A stretch of 64,000 nt of DNA, from contig MU058384.1 of NCBI GenBank assembly GCA_013265495.1, positions 2,827,010 to 2,891,009 of the forward strand, given 5' to 3'. Shown piece by piece: positions 10,870-24,734 of this stretch. Each line of letters begins with the position of its first letter. Position 1 is the stretch's first letter. The position numbers and the translations under genes are program-made. The notes under the pieces are model-generated. The model was not told the origin of the DNA and searched no databases. It saw only the letters and a program-made list of their open reading frames with translations. Source of the DNA: Vicugna vicugna (lineage: Eukaryota).

Positions 10870-12590
10870 TCCAAATGCCATCACAGTTAGTAGCGTTGTA
10901 CAGTTTCATTTCCTGTGGGTGCAGATGTTACGGTGGGAAGGATGCCCAGATGTGGGACTGCCAGCTCCAAAACCCACTGGAGCCATCATCCCAGCAGGTA
11001 GTGCCAGATCCCCCTCCACGGGGCCTGCACCGGTTTTCCCTTTGTGGTGAAGTGATGTAGCTCTCATTCGTATTTCTCATATTAACTTGTGTTCCATTTG
11101 GCCATGAATGCTTCTTTTTCTGTGAGATGCTGAGTTCTTCCTGATCTTCTTAACTCCTGGGAGCTCCGTGGGAGTCCATTATCTATTCAGGAGAACAGTG
11201 TTTGTCATTGATATGATTAGCAATTTTTTCCCCCAGTTTGTCATTTTGTCATTTACTTTGTTTGTGGTGCATTTGCCATGCTAATAGATTTAAAAATACA
11301 TATGTAATTTAATTTACTTCTTTCATGACTTCTGAATTTTCAGTTATATTAGGGACTTCCCTATTCCAAGGTTAGCAAAGAATTCACTTATATTGTCTCC
11401 TGCAATGTTTATCTGTTAATTAATTTATTATTTATACTTTAAAATATTTGCTATAATTGAAGGCTTCTCCTGATGCACAGTGTGGGGTATGGATCTAATT
11501 TTATTTTGTCTTTTCTTTAGATGTACTATCAGTTGTCCCATTAATCTAAAGATCTGTTTTTATTCTATTTATAGATGTCATCTTTATCATACACCATATT
11601 TCTGAATATGTTTATCTATTTTTGAACTTTTTACTCTATCCCACGGGTTTTTCTCTTTACGTACCAGCCGGACCTGTAGTTACTAAGACTCTGTGGTATA
11701 TTTTAACATCTGGCAAACTGAATCTTCCAAATTCTTTTTTTTTCATTTAGTTTTTTTCATTTAATACAAGGCTACTACTTAACTTTGCTTATTTTTCCTC
11801 ATAAAATTTATGGTGTTATTTTGGGGGGATAATGCTGTATTTAGAAGTAAACTTCGGGGGAACTGGTATCTTCCTGTTATTGAGTCTTTCTCTCCACAGT
11901 ATCTAAGATGTGTCTTTCTAGTCACTGAAGTTGTAGGGGTGGGAAAAACTCTCCACCCCGCCCCACCCAGGCTCTTCAGCTGGGACCCTGCAAATTAGAC
12001 CCACAAAAGAGTAACAAGAGAAAAAAGGCTTTGTTAACACATGCTGTGCTCATCACGGGAGAAACGCAGCAAGGAGTTACTCAAAGGAGTGGTTCGAACT
12101 GGGGCTTATATAGCATCTTAGCAAAAGAACAATACGTTTGTTAAGAAGTGACAGGACAAAGAACAAGGGATTTGGGGTTTTAGGGGTTATAAACTGTGGG
12201 AAGGTAAGCATATGGGTGAAACCCAATGAAAGATGAGGACTGTTAGTATGGGTTGTTATGTTAAGATTTCTTTGGGCCGATAGAAGTCTATAGTTGTCTC
12301 TGGGGATTAAGAATTGTCCTACCTTTCCTGGTAGAGGAAGGGAGGGCAGAGAAGTTATTTTGTGTGGGTCTGCGTCCTTTCAACTGCCTTTAGCTCACAA
12401 TAATCCTTATGTCAGAGCGGCATATTTTGGGGTGGCAAACTCTGAACTCCTTCAAGGTCTAATGTTAGTTAGGAAGGCTTTAAATTTTTTCTCACATTAA
12501 GTTGCACTTTTTTTTCCCCTAGGTATCTTATCTTTTTAGATGTTACTGGAAATATGGCCTTCTGTTCCATCTTATCTTCAGACTAGTTGT
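10870..12590 (-). mobile_element. Ancient L1 (L1M/L1ME-like), interrupted by an LTR
   Basis: T-rich antisense L1 ORF2 text ('gtgtggggtatggatctaattttatt', 'atcagttgtccca'); resumes after the LTR at 12459. Confidence 0.7.
11932..12454 (-). mobile_element. ERV1 solo LTR (MER34/MER39-like)
   Basis: TG...CA termini; reverse complement begins tgaaggagttcagagtttgccaccccaaaatatgcc; 4-bp TSD aagt/aggt. Confidence 0.8.
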
Positions 12591-13579
12591 CTTGAAAAAA
12601 TTAAGAAGCACCATGAGACAAACTATATATTTCAATTAAGAAATTTATAAGGCCAGTCAAGGGAAGCAACAATAAATCAGTTTCACAACCAGTTCAGTTA
12701 ACAGTTTGTACAGACACTTGTCAGTACCAAGAAGTTACTATAATACACACTGGTTATGTAGCTTCTAAAACCTGAACACACACACACACACACACGCAAA
12801 ATAGTTGTTTTTGGCAATGATAGAATGCCAAAGCGCAATCAGACATAGAATTGTAACAGGGGTTTGTTCTCTAAAAAAATCCAATTAGGTGGAAAACCAA
12901 AGAAGAATTTAAACTATTCCCTAAAAGCTAATCCTCTTAAAACCAGATCCAGATATGTTGAAAGATTAGTTCTATAAATATCTTTCCAAAATAGATGATT
13001 TCTACGCTGTTTGACCTGTTCTAGAACATCAAAAATGATGGAAATTTTCTGTTCCGCCCCTAATAGTAAGCCCCGATAGGACGTGTGATAAAAGAGGAAT
13101 CCTATCTAGGAGTCAGACGACCTGTTTTGCTATCATGCACGCTTTACTTGTAAACTGAATGTTATCGAGCAGTTCACCTGATAACCCCCGGCTTTAGAGC
13201 CTCACCTGTCAAACAGATGTTCCATGAATGTTAGGGTCACTCTGCTCTTCGATCCCCGAGCCCACCTGACATCTTCACTATTGGTTACTGTTGCCTCTTC
13301 TTCCTGCCACATGCTCCATCCCAGTCCAATGTCTGGCCCTACCCCAGTCCATTCATCTCATTCCCTGAATAGCTCAATTTCCACATCAGGAATTCTGCTT
13401 TTCTTTCTGCCAATCTGTCCAGTTCTAGCCCAGGTTTTCCAGCTTGGTGACTGTGGACACCTGGAAGATTGCAGGTAGCAGTTGCCAAGAAATTTAAGAA
13501 TTCTTTTACATTTCAACTATTGTCTGTAGATTGAATATCTCATACACATACATGTGGTTACTTTTCCAAATGAACTTGT

Positions 13580-14798
13580 ATTTACCAATCCTGGTTCAAC
13601 CAAGAGACAGAAACCACACTGTAATGTAAAACTGGGGAAGTTTAATATAAAGTTATTAAACTATAATAGAAGAGTAACTATTAAGATGTAAAAAGAACTT
13701 TAAAGGTCATCTTAGGGCTGAGGGAGAGGACCTATGGGAGGACAGCTTGGAAGGAGGGGTTCCCTCCTTCAGACTGGGGTTCAGACCTTGCTGGAGATGC
13801 TGAAGAAGGTGTGTCTGCAGCTCACTGGACATCAGAGAAGATGGCAGTTTGTCAGGACCAGAGCTGGTCCATAGTTGCTGGGCAAGCAGGAAGCAATCTT
13901 CAACTAGAGCCTGGGCAAACAGGCTGGGTGGGGGTGGGCACGTGAGGGAGTGGGGAAGGTGCATGCGTGAATGGAAAGTTTATGTCTTCCCCAAATCCAT
14001 ATGGTGAAGCCCAAATGTGACGATATTTGGAGGTGAAGGCTTTGGGAGGTAATTAGGTCATGAGGGTGGAGCCCCAGGATGAGATTGGCATCCTTAAAGA
14101 GGAAGAGAGCTTGTCTTCCCATCTCCCCCTCCTACCTGCAAGAAGACTGGACATCTGTAAACCAGGAGGAAGTACTCCACCAAGAACCTAACCATGTGGG
14201 CACCCTGATCTCAGACTTTCAGTCTCTAGATCTGGGAGAAATAGGTATTTGTTGTTTAAGCTACCCAGTCTGTGTGTTCTGCTAGAGCAGCCTGAACTGA
14301 CTGAGACAGTGCAAGACCTGGAGTGCTCAGTGTGTGTTTCCAGAAGCCGGTGAGGAGCAACCTTCTAGGGCACAGGCAAGCTGGGGCTGCTTGGCAGGTG
14401 CACAGTGCGGGGTGGGGACAGGGGCGAGCCAGTCCTCTGTGGATGTGAGGCCCAGAGCATGCACTGCCCACGTTGCAGGGCTGTGTGGAGGAGGTCACTG
14501 GCCCAGGCGGGGGCTGAATAGTGGCTGAGGGACTGTACCTCTGGGCATGTGGCAGGGGCAGGGCACCACTGTGTGCCCCACATGTGGCATCACTAACCAA
14601 TCAAGAAGCAGCAGGACGGAGTACCCCAGAACCAGGAGAAGCTCTCCTCCTGTGATGTAGTTCCAGCGCAAGCCCTCATGAACCAGGCTTAGCATCATGC
14701 TCTCTGTAAAGGAGAAATGTGTTGCAGGGTTTGGTCCATGTGTGCAAGCAGCTATGGGAGGAATTTGGAACTGAGAGGTGACACGTTGAAAACTGGCA
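13580..14798 (-). mobile_element. ERVL-type LTR (LTR33/LTR41-like), split by an MLT1A
   Basis: Starts 'accaatcctggttcaaccaagagacagaaacc' and ends 'tttggaactgagagg...aactggca', like antisense ERVL LTRs. Confidence 0.55.
13964..14308 (+). mobile_element. MaLR solo LTR (MLT1A-like)
   Basis: MLT1A text 'gggaggtaattaggtcatgagggtggagcc', ends 'gactgagaca'; perfect 5-bp TSD GTGCA (13959-13963 / 14309-14313). Confidence 0.9.
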
Positions 14799-15400
14799 TC
14801 GCACTGCTGGAATCAGTGAAATATACATTCATCTTGACGCTTTAGTAGTTCCTAGTTGATTTTTATCATTATGTATTTCTCAGTTAACAAAGAGGACAAC
14901 AATTAGCATGTGGGGGGGTGGTCCCCAAGATATTTTGATGTTTAACCTGACTCCTCCTCCTCAACAAGGTGAGAATATGCTGCCAATCATGAGCCCCAGT
15001 GATGCCGACCCAGCGGCTTGGCTCTAGACCAGCATCCTCCCTGTCCAGCCGTCAGGTTTCTGAGAGTCTCCTGCTGTTCACTCTAGTGTGAATCATTTAC
15101 ATAAATTATGACCGAGACTGCCGAGCCGCTTCGGCATCACTTCTTGACCTGAGTCCCAGGACGCAATTGGCCTCTGTAGATACCTGGCCTCTCCTGTCCA
15201 TTTGGCTCCAAGGGCAGTTTGGCTTTTTGCCCCTCTCACGAGAGAGAGTGAATGAATGAATGAACGAATGATGAGTGAGTGTTCAACCACCCCCTGCACA
15301 GTTCTGAAGATTACTAGGAAGAACACATACTAAGCATATGTGGAAGTGTACTGAATAGCATAAATTGTCATAATTGTTATTTTTTAGTAATAACATAGCC

Positions 15401-15816
15401 TTTTTAAAAACAAGTATAGCTGCTTTACAATGTTGTGTCAGTTTCAAGTGTACAACAAAGTGATTCAGTTATATATATACATACATGTTCTTTTTCAGAT
15501 TCTTTTCCATTATAGGTTATTACAAGATATTGAATATAGTTCCCTGCACTGCACAGTAGGTCCTTGTTTATCTATTTTATATATAGTAGTTAATATGTTA
15601 ATCCCAAACTCTTTATTTATCCCTCCCCAACCTCCTTTCCCTTTGGTAACTGTAGTTTGTTTTCTATGTCTGTGAGTCTATTTCTGGTTTGTAAATAAAT
15701 TCATTGGTATCATTTATTTTTTAGATTCCACACATAAGTGACATCATACGATATTTGTCTTTCTCTGTCTGACTTACTTCACTTAATATGATAATCTCTA
15801 GGTCCATCTATGTTGC
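15401..15816 (-). mobile_element. 5'-truncated L1 3' end (cetartiodactyl type)
   Basis: 'tacaatgttgtgtcagtttc...tgattcagttatat...ttacaagatattgaatatagttccctg' is the antisense L1 3' UTR. Confidence 0.9.
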
Positions 15817-15885
15817 TAGCCTAACTTTTAAATAAGGTTTCCTCTGCATTTCATTAGATTTCATTTGTAAATTGGTGGGATAAAG

Positions 15886-15919
15886 ATATATATGTGTGTA
15901 CATATATATATATGTATTT

Positions 15920-15954
<35 letters not shown>
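15886..15954. repeat. (TA)n/(TG)n compound microsatellite
   Basis: Directly visible. Confidence 0.9.
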
Positions 15955-17576
15955 CTCCTACTTTTTATAACTAGGCTCATTGTTAACTAAGCGACTCAAA
16001 ATTTCTGCGAAGTCTGCTTTAAATAGAAGATTCTGTCACTAGACTCTTCTCACTCGTACACCTGTGTCTAAACATTACAGCCACTGTACCATGTAGTCCC
16101 AAATGCTGCAGCACCTGGTCTGGAAGATAAAAACCATCTCAAGTTGCATCTGAGAACTCTGACTTGAATGACATTTCCAGGAAGTAGGTGAGAGTAGGGG
16201 AGAAGAGAGAAGGAGGGAGAATTAAGAGCAAAAGTTAGTTTCATTTAAACTGAAACTGGCAGGTCAGGTGACCGAGTGCACGAACACTCTGTTCAATTTG
16301 CAGGTTGAAGTTTTACCTTTAACTCAACTTTTCGGTAAAAGAAAGAAGAAGAAGAAAACTCTAGGATACAAATTGTGAAACTGGTAATCATAATATGATA
16401 CTTTAATTTGGTTAAAATGCATGACAGTATAAGTCAGTCCAACTTTTGGCTGACACAAATGAGGAGTTATGCTTAAGTGCACAAAATCTTTCCCATGAGC
16501 CACTTGTTTTTGGTTTTAATAAGGCTCCACCTCTTTAAACGGATTACCGGTAAATACTTTGGCTAGTTTAATTCTAGAAAACAAATGGGAACCTTGAGGT
16601 TTTTCCCCTTAAGATGACTGTTTCTAATATCAAGATTGCTACAGCCGTTTGGGGGTTGGGAGTATGGAGGAGAGAGAAGACATCAAGAAAATGTTTTGGG
16701 GTGGGGAAGAAAGAAACTCATACTAAGGAGGGATATTTTTATAGGTGCAGGATGTATGTAGCTAAACAATCTAATAAGCTGATTAGTTACTCAGGTATAC
16801 CAGTCCTGAGAGGCTATGGAGGCAAGCCGCTTCCTATTGAAATGAAGACACTAAGCCCTGGAGATCAACAGAGGGGCTGGTTGTCAGTAGAGCTGTGTCT
16901 AGCAATTGATCTGAGAATTTGTGTCTACTGTTCATTTCACTACCCTTTCTTTAACTTTAGAGGTCACATGGTACTTGCATTTTTAATGTTTTAATGTGCC
17001 CTAAGAGTTACAGATCTGAAAGGATTTTTTCCACTTGGGGTCTCAGTTGTGAATATTCTGTTCTCTAACCACGACCTCACTGGTCTTCTCTCCCACTCTT
17101 CAAATCTACTCAGTTTGTTTTCTAACCAGTGATAACACAACACTGAACTCCGCAGTCAGCTGACTTCCTCTTCCTTTAATCTTCCTGAGCCCGAGAATCA
17201 CCCTCCATCAGCTTTCCCTACATCTCCATCAGTCTAAGGCTCACAGCTATAAGAGGACCAATCCATGAGAAGTCCTGGCTCAACCCAGACTGAGGCACAG
17301 CAGCGTCATTATGATTCCATGTTGCCTATTCCATGTTCTCTGCTGCGGGAGCCTCTTCAGCGTCCCCGTCATAGTGGCTATTTCAGGAGCCTCCATCTTT
17401 AAACTTCCCTTATTCCTACTCCACAGATCAAACCACTTGTTTAAATTTTTTTTTTTAACTGAGATTTGTTAGCTTCAAGAACTAAACTTGTCTTCAATTC
17501 AGAGGATCTATCTTTACATCATTTTCTTGGTTCTTATTTTTACGTTCAAAGAAGAGATGGTCTCTGAGTCCTAGGT

Positions 17577-17746
17577 CAGAGATTCTCCAACTTGGCTGCA
17601 GGTTACAATCAATTAGGAAATATTATGTATTTTGATGCCCAGGTATCCCCCAGACCAATGAGAAACTCTGGGGGTGGGATCCAGGCGTCGAGAGTTTTCG
17701 AAGTTCCCAGGTGGGTTCATCATGCATCTCAGCTGAAGAGCTACTT
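17577..17746. mobile_element. MER5A-like hAT MITE
   Basis: 'ttctccaacttggctgca...tgatgcccagg...ggtgggatccaggc...cccaggtg'. Confidence 0.75.
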
Positions 17747-17789
17747 CTTTAGCACTATTTTATCTTAGCTCAGCTTTGAAGAGTATTTG

Positions 17790-18270
17790 CACCTGTCATC
17801 ATTCTCTGCCTTTCCCACATCTTTGCTCTCCTTCCACCGCTTTTGCTTCATGCTTTCTACCTTTCAATACTTCCAGGTCTCCCGAATTGAGCACTCATTT
17901 CCCTCTTGCTTGCTGTCTTCTCTAGTAACCATGCCACTTGCCTACTTCTGTCAAATCACCCGTTTGCTGTCACATCATCCATGTTGCTAGTAATCTGGCT
18001 TCTGATTAAAACACCTCTCTGAATTTATACGTGAACCTAATTTTCTTCCCCCAATTTAGGAGACATGATATTGTGGACTACCTCTTCCTTGAAGTGTTTG
18101 GTTTCTAAAACACTACCTTATCCATATTCTCCTTTAGTCACTAGCCTTTTATTCTTTGTTCTGTCTCCTTCACTCATCACCCTTCTTTTCCTGATTTCCT
18201 AATGCAAACATTGTCAAGCCCTTTCCTCAACTGCATGGTTTTCTCTTCCTACTTTCACTCTCTCTTTTCA
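17790..18270 (+). mobile_element. L2 LINE fragment
   Basis: Pyrimidine-rich L2 text ('tctggcttctg', 'cctcttccttgaa'). Confidence 0.5.
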
Positions 18271-18409
18271 GGGACGTAGGCATATTATTTATGTTCTTGT
18301 GGCAAGATAGCTGTCCCTCTAACTCTTTCCTTTCTCCTCCTCACCTCTGATGGAAAATGCACCTTTGGGAAGACGGGGTGGAGAGACAGAGCCCGCACTG
18401 GGAGACTGT

Positions 18410-18650
18410 GTGGGTCAGCGGTTTAGAACAATGGTGTTGAAACCCCACTGCATCGGTTAGAACTCCAGCTCTCCTAGGTTGCTTTGTGACGTTAGGCAAG
18501 TTGCTTAGCCACTCTGTGTCTCAATTTCCAAAGAAAGTGATAGCACCTACCTTGTAAGGTTATTCTAAGGAACAAATTAGTTAATTCATGTAAAGTGCTT
18601 ACAATAGTCCCTGGCATGTGATAAGTGCTGCATCAATTTTAGCTATTTTT
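18410..18650 (+). mobile_element. MIR SINE
   Basis: 'tgtgacgttaggcaagttgcttagccactctgtgtctcaatttcc...atgtaaagtgcttacaatagtccctggcatg'. Confidence 0.85.
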
Positions 18651-18967
18651 AGAGACACCCATAGAAGAAGAGAAAGCGTTTTAGGCATTGTACTTCTGTT
18701 TTGTTGTTCCATTCGGAAAAATTCTCATCACCCGAGCTTGATTCTACATCAGAAGGGAAGGTAAAGGCCTGCTTTAGGGTCCTGATATTAATTCTTGAGG
18801 CCCTCATGGTAAGCCTCTCAAATGGACACAGGATGCTGTGAGGAAGGATCTATGAATGGGAAACACAGAAGGGAATTCCAGTAGAGGGTGGAGTAGATAA
18901 GAGGGAAGGCAGATTAGAGAAGGAGAGGGGCCCATCTGAGAAGCAGGCACTATCTTTTGGCCTCAAG

Positions 18968-18969
<2 letters not shown>

Positions 18970-18999
<30 letters not shown>
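18970..18999. repeat. (GT)15 microsatellite
   Basis: Directly visible. Confidence 0.95.
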
Positions 19000-19000
<1 letters not shown>

Positions 19001-19619
19001 TTTCTGCCAACAGAGTCTAACCAAACAGCTTTCTAGATATGGCATTGTGATCACAAATGCGAAAGTTTGTATTTTTTGATGTTCAAATCTCAAACTCCTG
19101 ACCTCTCATCTGAGTTAGAGTTCTGTATCTCCAATAGCTTATTAGGCTTCAAGCCTTGGATACCCAGCTATCCACTCAGCATAATACACCTTCCCCTTAG
19201 AGCCACCTCTGACCAAAATTTATTTATGTCATTGGAAACATCTTTCCACCAATCACTCAGACTTGAGCTCTGTAGTTATTTCCAACTCTTCATTCTTAAA
19301 ATTCAAGCTCTAATGCATACTTGGCTAAGTGATCTTAAGGAGGCTATTTGCATTTCAGGTCTTCATTTCCATATCTGTAAATTGTAGTTAATTTTAACTG
19401 CGTTATAAGGGTTGTTGAAAGAATAGTGATACTACCGCTATGACTAGCAGTAGCCGTAGTAATACAGAAGAATGCTATTAGTAATAATAATAGTGGCTAA
19501 CACTTATTGATCTCTTAGTATTTTCTCATTTGATCCTCATAACAACTCTAGGAGGCAGGGTTGCATGTCTTACCCTGAGGTCACAGAATAACTGCACGAG
19601 GCCTGCTGAAGCTCGTCCG

Positions 19620-20760
19620 TTCACTCAGCCAGTGTTGACTGAATGCCTGTTCTCTACCAGACACTTTGCTAAGAGCTTGAAGTCCTGCAGTATATGAGAC
19701 AGAGTCCTTGATCTTATGGAACTTACATCCTAGCTGGGGATAACCAAATCAACAAATAAAGTAATTACAGACTGGGAAGAGTCCTGAGATGTAAGCAGTA
19801 GTGTTTTGTGAGAGGGAAAGTAGTAGATGGGTTGGCCTACTTTGGGTCGAGTAATTAAAGCAGGCATCTCTAGGTGACATTTTAAGCTGAGATGTAACGG
19901 ATAAGAAAGGATTCAAACATGACAGGATGGAGGGGGGAGGGCAGACTCAAAATAAGCAGGAGCTCACATATTTAAGAGATTTAATGATGGGCAGGGCTGG
20001 AGCAAAGTGGGGACAGTGTGGTGTCGGGGCGGGATGAGGGGCGCGTTAGGGAAGTGAGGTGGGAGAGGCCCAGGGATGGAGAACCCTGTGCACCAGGACA
20101 GAGCTTGGAGCTTATTCATCCTATGCAATGGGAAGACTGAATAGAGTGAGAGCAGTGCAAAGACTGATCTAAGTTAAAATTTAAAACATCATTCTGGCTT
20201 CAGTGTGATGAAAGGCATATAAAGGTGCAAGATGGAAACCTGGGAGGCCAGATGGGTGGCTGGGCTGGAGATGATGGGGCCTTGGGCTCGCAGAGCCAGT
20301 GGAGATGGACACAAGTGAAGCAGTGAGGGGCCTGTTTTTGTGCTAGAGGCTTTGTGACTTGCTGGTGGGCATGGAGGAAAGTGAGGAGAGTGGAAGATTT
20401 AAAAAGCAACTGGGTAAATGGCAGTAACTGAGCTGGGTGAACTGGAGTAGAAACAGGTTTTGAGAAAAAAAGATGGGATGTGTAACCAAGAGTTACATTT
20501 TGGCTGTTAGGAAAACCAACCAACCAAACAAACAAAAACCTCAGAAAGCGAGGAGCAGACATCCGAATGAAGAGGTCAGTTAGAGAGCTGGATAAACACA
20601 TGTGCGTGAGGAGGCCGGCTAGAGATAAAAGGGAATTGGGATGATCTGCATATACATCGTGTTTAGAGCCTTTGGCTTGGAAGAGAAAACACATACAAGA
20701 AAGAGGAGGCCCTCAGGTCTGAGCACTATAGAGAGAGCCCTGCGATTTGTAAATTTCTAA
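19620..20760 (-). mobile_element. L2 LINE (degraded, ~1.1 kb)
   Basis: Begins with the antisense L2 3' end 'tcactcagccagtgttgactgaatgcc...ccagacact'; continues 'gtgacattttaagctgagatg', 'atcattctggct'. Confidence 0.7.
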
Positions 20761-22639
20761 GTCAGGTAGAGGAGAGAAATCCAGAGGGGTGAGAAGAGAA
20801 TCCTGTCCCAGGCCGCCCAGTTGGTAAGGAGCCGAGCTGTGATGACTGACGCGGGGTCTGTGAAGTGTCCGTGGAGTCCGGCTCACAGGAAGCCCCTCCG
20901 GAACCTGGAGTCACTGTGGTACCTTCTTCCACCAGGAAACTCCTTGTCTGGCAGTCGCGGCCAACTTTAGTGGATTCATTTCTACTTCCCCAAACTATTT
21001 CTGGCACCACAGATGTTCCTAAATATTTGTTGACTAAGAAACGCTCCACAGCTTACAGAGTTCTAGGTGCTTGTAGGGTGTGGTTTTCGGTAACAGTAAC
21101 CATCACGGCAATAATATTCATCGATTCACAAATATTGGGTGTTCGCTGCATGTCAGGCCCTGTTCAGGCTCCTGGGGAGACTCCAGAGAGCAAACAGGTC
21201 CCCACTCTTGTGGAGCTGACCCTGGGGAGAGGGGTCTCCCTGTTCCAGTCTTCCCACAGGCCCTCCCGCAGGCCATGCCCACCCCACCTCCTCAGATGTT
21301 CATCCCGCCTCCTTACCTTTTTCTCTCCCCTTCACTTATTCAAGTCTTCCACTTCCATATAAGCCAGATGGTCTAAAACTAGCGTCAGCCACATTCTCAC
21401 CTGCGAGCGCTGACGTATCTACACATAAATGTCCCCTCCACTCCCTCCCGCAGAGACACACCACCACCCACCGAGATCCTGCTCCGGTCAAAGCTTTGAC
21501 AGAGACAGCTCTGCAGGGACAATCAGATCCCCATGTGTCAGCTGATCCCAAGAGAGAAATCTAGAGAAACAGACGCTCAGAGGAAGAGGGGTGAGAGCAG
21601 GAGCTTTGACGAGTACAGAGAAGAGGGAACTTAGGGAGAGAGGGGTGGCGTGGAGAAAATGATTGGTGGCAGAGATGGATGAGAGGATACATGGGCGCTC
21701 CGCAAAACAACTTCAGGCTTCCCAGATGGGACACTAAACCCAGAAGCCCGTGAACGTGCTTCCCAAGGTCTTCGTGCTCCCTGCCTCGCTGGTTACCCAG
21801 TGCCAAGATGGAGAGGCGGTGATCGCCACCCTGGGCTCTTCTCAGCAGCCCGGGCTTAGGGGCAGGTGCTGGCAGGGAAGGTCAATTCTTCATCCCCAGC
21901 AAGCACAGGCTATATTGGCGACATGTCACTGGTGTTAACCTGTTTAACACTAAAGCCTCTCAACCACGTGGATTAGTCTAATGCTCTCTGATGGGCTCAC
22001 ACACACAGCTCTCTCATACGCTTACCTGTGGCTGCCAAACACATAGCTTCCACAGCACAACTGACACAAATAGTGAATTATGACTTAATACAAGCAAAGG
22101 GTCATCTATGTTAAAGAACAGTGGGGCACTGGTTACTGTCCCTGAATTCCAGCAGACGGAGCTCCAGGCTGGAGGGTTCTGTGCGCTTCAAGGGCTGATG
22201 CCCACCCCGGAGAAAAATCGGTAACAAGGAGAGGTGTGGGAAAGAGCAGGAGAATTACGACGACTACTGACTTCAGCAGGTATAGAACAATTCTGTGGTT
22301 GGACACGTGCCTGACCCGGTGTCTGATCCACAGGAAGCACTCGAATAATGAACGAATACATGTGACATAATCCGGTGACCAGACTGGAGCTGAAGCATTC
22401 TTAGAATAGTGATTTTCTCCTCCCCATTTGGCTTTGTGTTTCTTTTCTGTTCCTTTGAATATTTGCATACGCACACCCTTTGGACAGCTACTTCCCATCA
22501 AAATGTCATGGGAAAATTCTGTGAAACTTACTGCAGGGTCACACTGATGTCAAAGGGAGGGGTCAGGAGAGGCATGGGATAAAAATTGCCTAGCCCAAGT
22601 TCCTACCTGTTTCCCACGCCTGAACTCTTGTGCTCTCGG

Positions 22640-22820
22640 CTGTGTTTCTTGAAGTGTGTTCCCCACCCCCCACCCCCACCGCCATCAGCACCAGCATCAG
22701 CTGGGCTGTTTGTCAAAAATTCCAATTCTCAGGCCACACACCGAAGAATCTGATTCAGTGCTTCTGGGCTGGGGCACCTCTAGGGCTCCTCTGCACAACC
22801 GAGCTTGAAAATCTCTCTTC
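22640..22820. mobile_element. MER5-like hAT MITE
   Basis: 'tttcttgaagtgtg...cagcatcagctggg...aattctcaggccacac...ttgaaaatc'. Confidence 0.65.
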
Positions 22821-23916
22821 TAGAGGAAAGTGAACCGACGATCCCTTATTCCCAATCCTGAGACCCAGAGAGGACTAAAAACTCTGGACACCAAAAATTT
22901 TTATAACTTACTTTGGTGGCAAAAAATCTGACCCAAGAACTGCCATGAAGCTACATATGATCCTCCCTTATTACACATAATGTGAACATTCACACACTTG
23001 CTACAAAATATCAGTGTGCTTGGTTAGAAAGTGTGGTCCCAGTCCCATGCGGGATGTTTTGAGATGTACATTACGTGCACTGAATTGCCTGTCTGAAGTC
23101 CAAACACTTTGTGAATGCAGATAAGACACCCGTACGAGGTTTCCACGTCCTGATTGTAGGTGGTGTTTAAAGCACTTATGTTTTGGTTTGACAATGATAA
23201 GAATGTCTAACAAAAAGATGACTAGATTGGAAGCTGAGAGACTTCATCTTTCTGGGCCTCTGTTCTCTCTCCTGAAAATGAAGGAGGAGATGACATTTAA
23301 AGCCTTCTGGCTCTAAAATTCTGCTCTTCACTCCATCTTGTTTTCTTAAGAAATGTTAAGGCTTTAATACCACAAAGATTAGCTTGTGGTGTCTTATTAT
23401 TTTCACTAAGAAAATTTTAAAAGGTAAAAACCTTTCTCTGTCTGTTGGGTTTCCAGACAGATTCTGGACTGACATTTCTCTGAGTGACGAGAAAGGGCAT
23501 TTACCCCAATTTTATAGAAATGTGGATGCATGATGGCATTCAGCAAAACTGCGAGGAAGCTACTAGAACACAAAAGTGGTAATGAACTCCAGAGAGCGCC
23601 ACGTGGCACTGTGGAAGAAGGTAATATGTGTGTCAGTTACAGAGGAGGAGTGAAGAGATCTGAAATAGCCTCCTTCCATTACCAGCTGCTCTCAGAGCTT
23701 AATTCATCCAAGGGGCAGCCGGCTGCCTCTTAGCAGAATCCGAGACCCCTTGGCCCATGTGACTAGGGGGCTCTCTCTAGCTCTCTATGCAGTAACGGAT
23801 GTTTAAACGATCATCCTAAGTCCCTGTGAAATCCCAAAGCAAGATATAGAAAAATTAAAAGACTCAAAACACAAAATAAAACAACCAGCTCTGATTTTGT
23901 TCCATCTGAAGCCATG

Positions 23917-24185
23917 TATCACAGGCTGATTTGTGTCACCCTAAAATGTATATGCTGAAGTCCTAACTTCCCAGTGACTAAGGAACGTGGACTGATTTAG
24001 AAGCAGGGTCTTCACAGAGGCAATCAAGTTCAAGTGAGGACCTTAAGTGATGACTCCATTATTGGATGACTCCTAATCCTATATGACTGGTGTCCTTACA
24101 GGGAAATGCGTACACACACAGACAAGGGGAGCTCTGTGTGAACAAAGAGCTGGCCATCCAGAAGCCGCGGAGAGAGGCCTCTCAA
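23917..24185 (+). mobile_element. MaLR LTR fragment (MLT1B/C-like)
   Basis: 'tatgctgaagtcctaac...cagggtcttcacagagg...cctaatcctatatgactggtgtcctta'. Confidence 0.8.
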
Positions 24186-24734
24186 AGTCACGTGCAAGGT
24201 TGAGTCGAATGGCAGAGGGAGGCGTCTGTGAGCTCCGGTGTGTGCATTTGAGCACTGAGTTCATCCCTGGCTTTCTTTATGCCCCATTCTTTGTTTTCCA
24301 TTTGTTTCATTTTTCTAACTTTGTCTTCTGTTTTTTTTTTTTATCTTGCTGTACTGTATGTATCTTTATAAGCTGCCTGAAAAATTTTTCAGGTTTAGAA
24401 GTGATACAAATTGGTAAGTAACCATTATCTTGCTCAAGCACATTTTGCTCACACTCAGTTGGTAGGAAACAATTAAATGGCAGCTCTCCCATAGCTGTTG
24501 GGGAGGGAAATGTGACAGATGATAAGGTTTAGTTTCATAGGACAAATGCTTTCTGTACTCTGGGAAAGAATTCTTCCAGCAATACGCTGCTTTCAAGTGG
24601 GGCTTGAGTCACCAAAAAGTCAGGACTGTTTTCAACTCTTCCAGACACAGAGCAGAGAGAGGGGAAGATCATTTCCAGGTGAAGGGCTGTGGCAGGCATT
24701 TTATGAAGTGTGTAAAGAATTAAAGCAAAAAGGA

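Noticed and set aside
16261..16273. Estrogen response element (AGGTCAGGTGACC)
   Set aside because: The spacer is 2 nt rather than the 3 nt of a canonical ERE.
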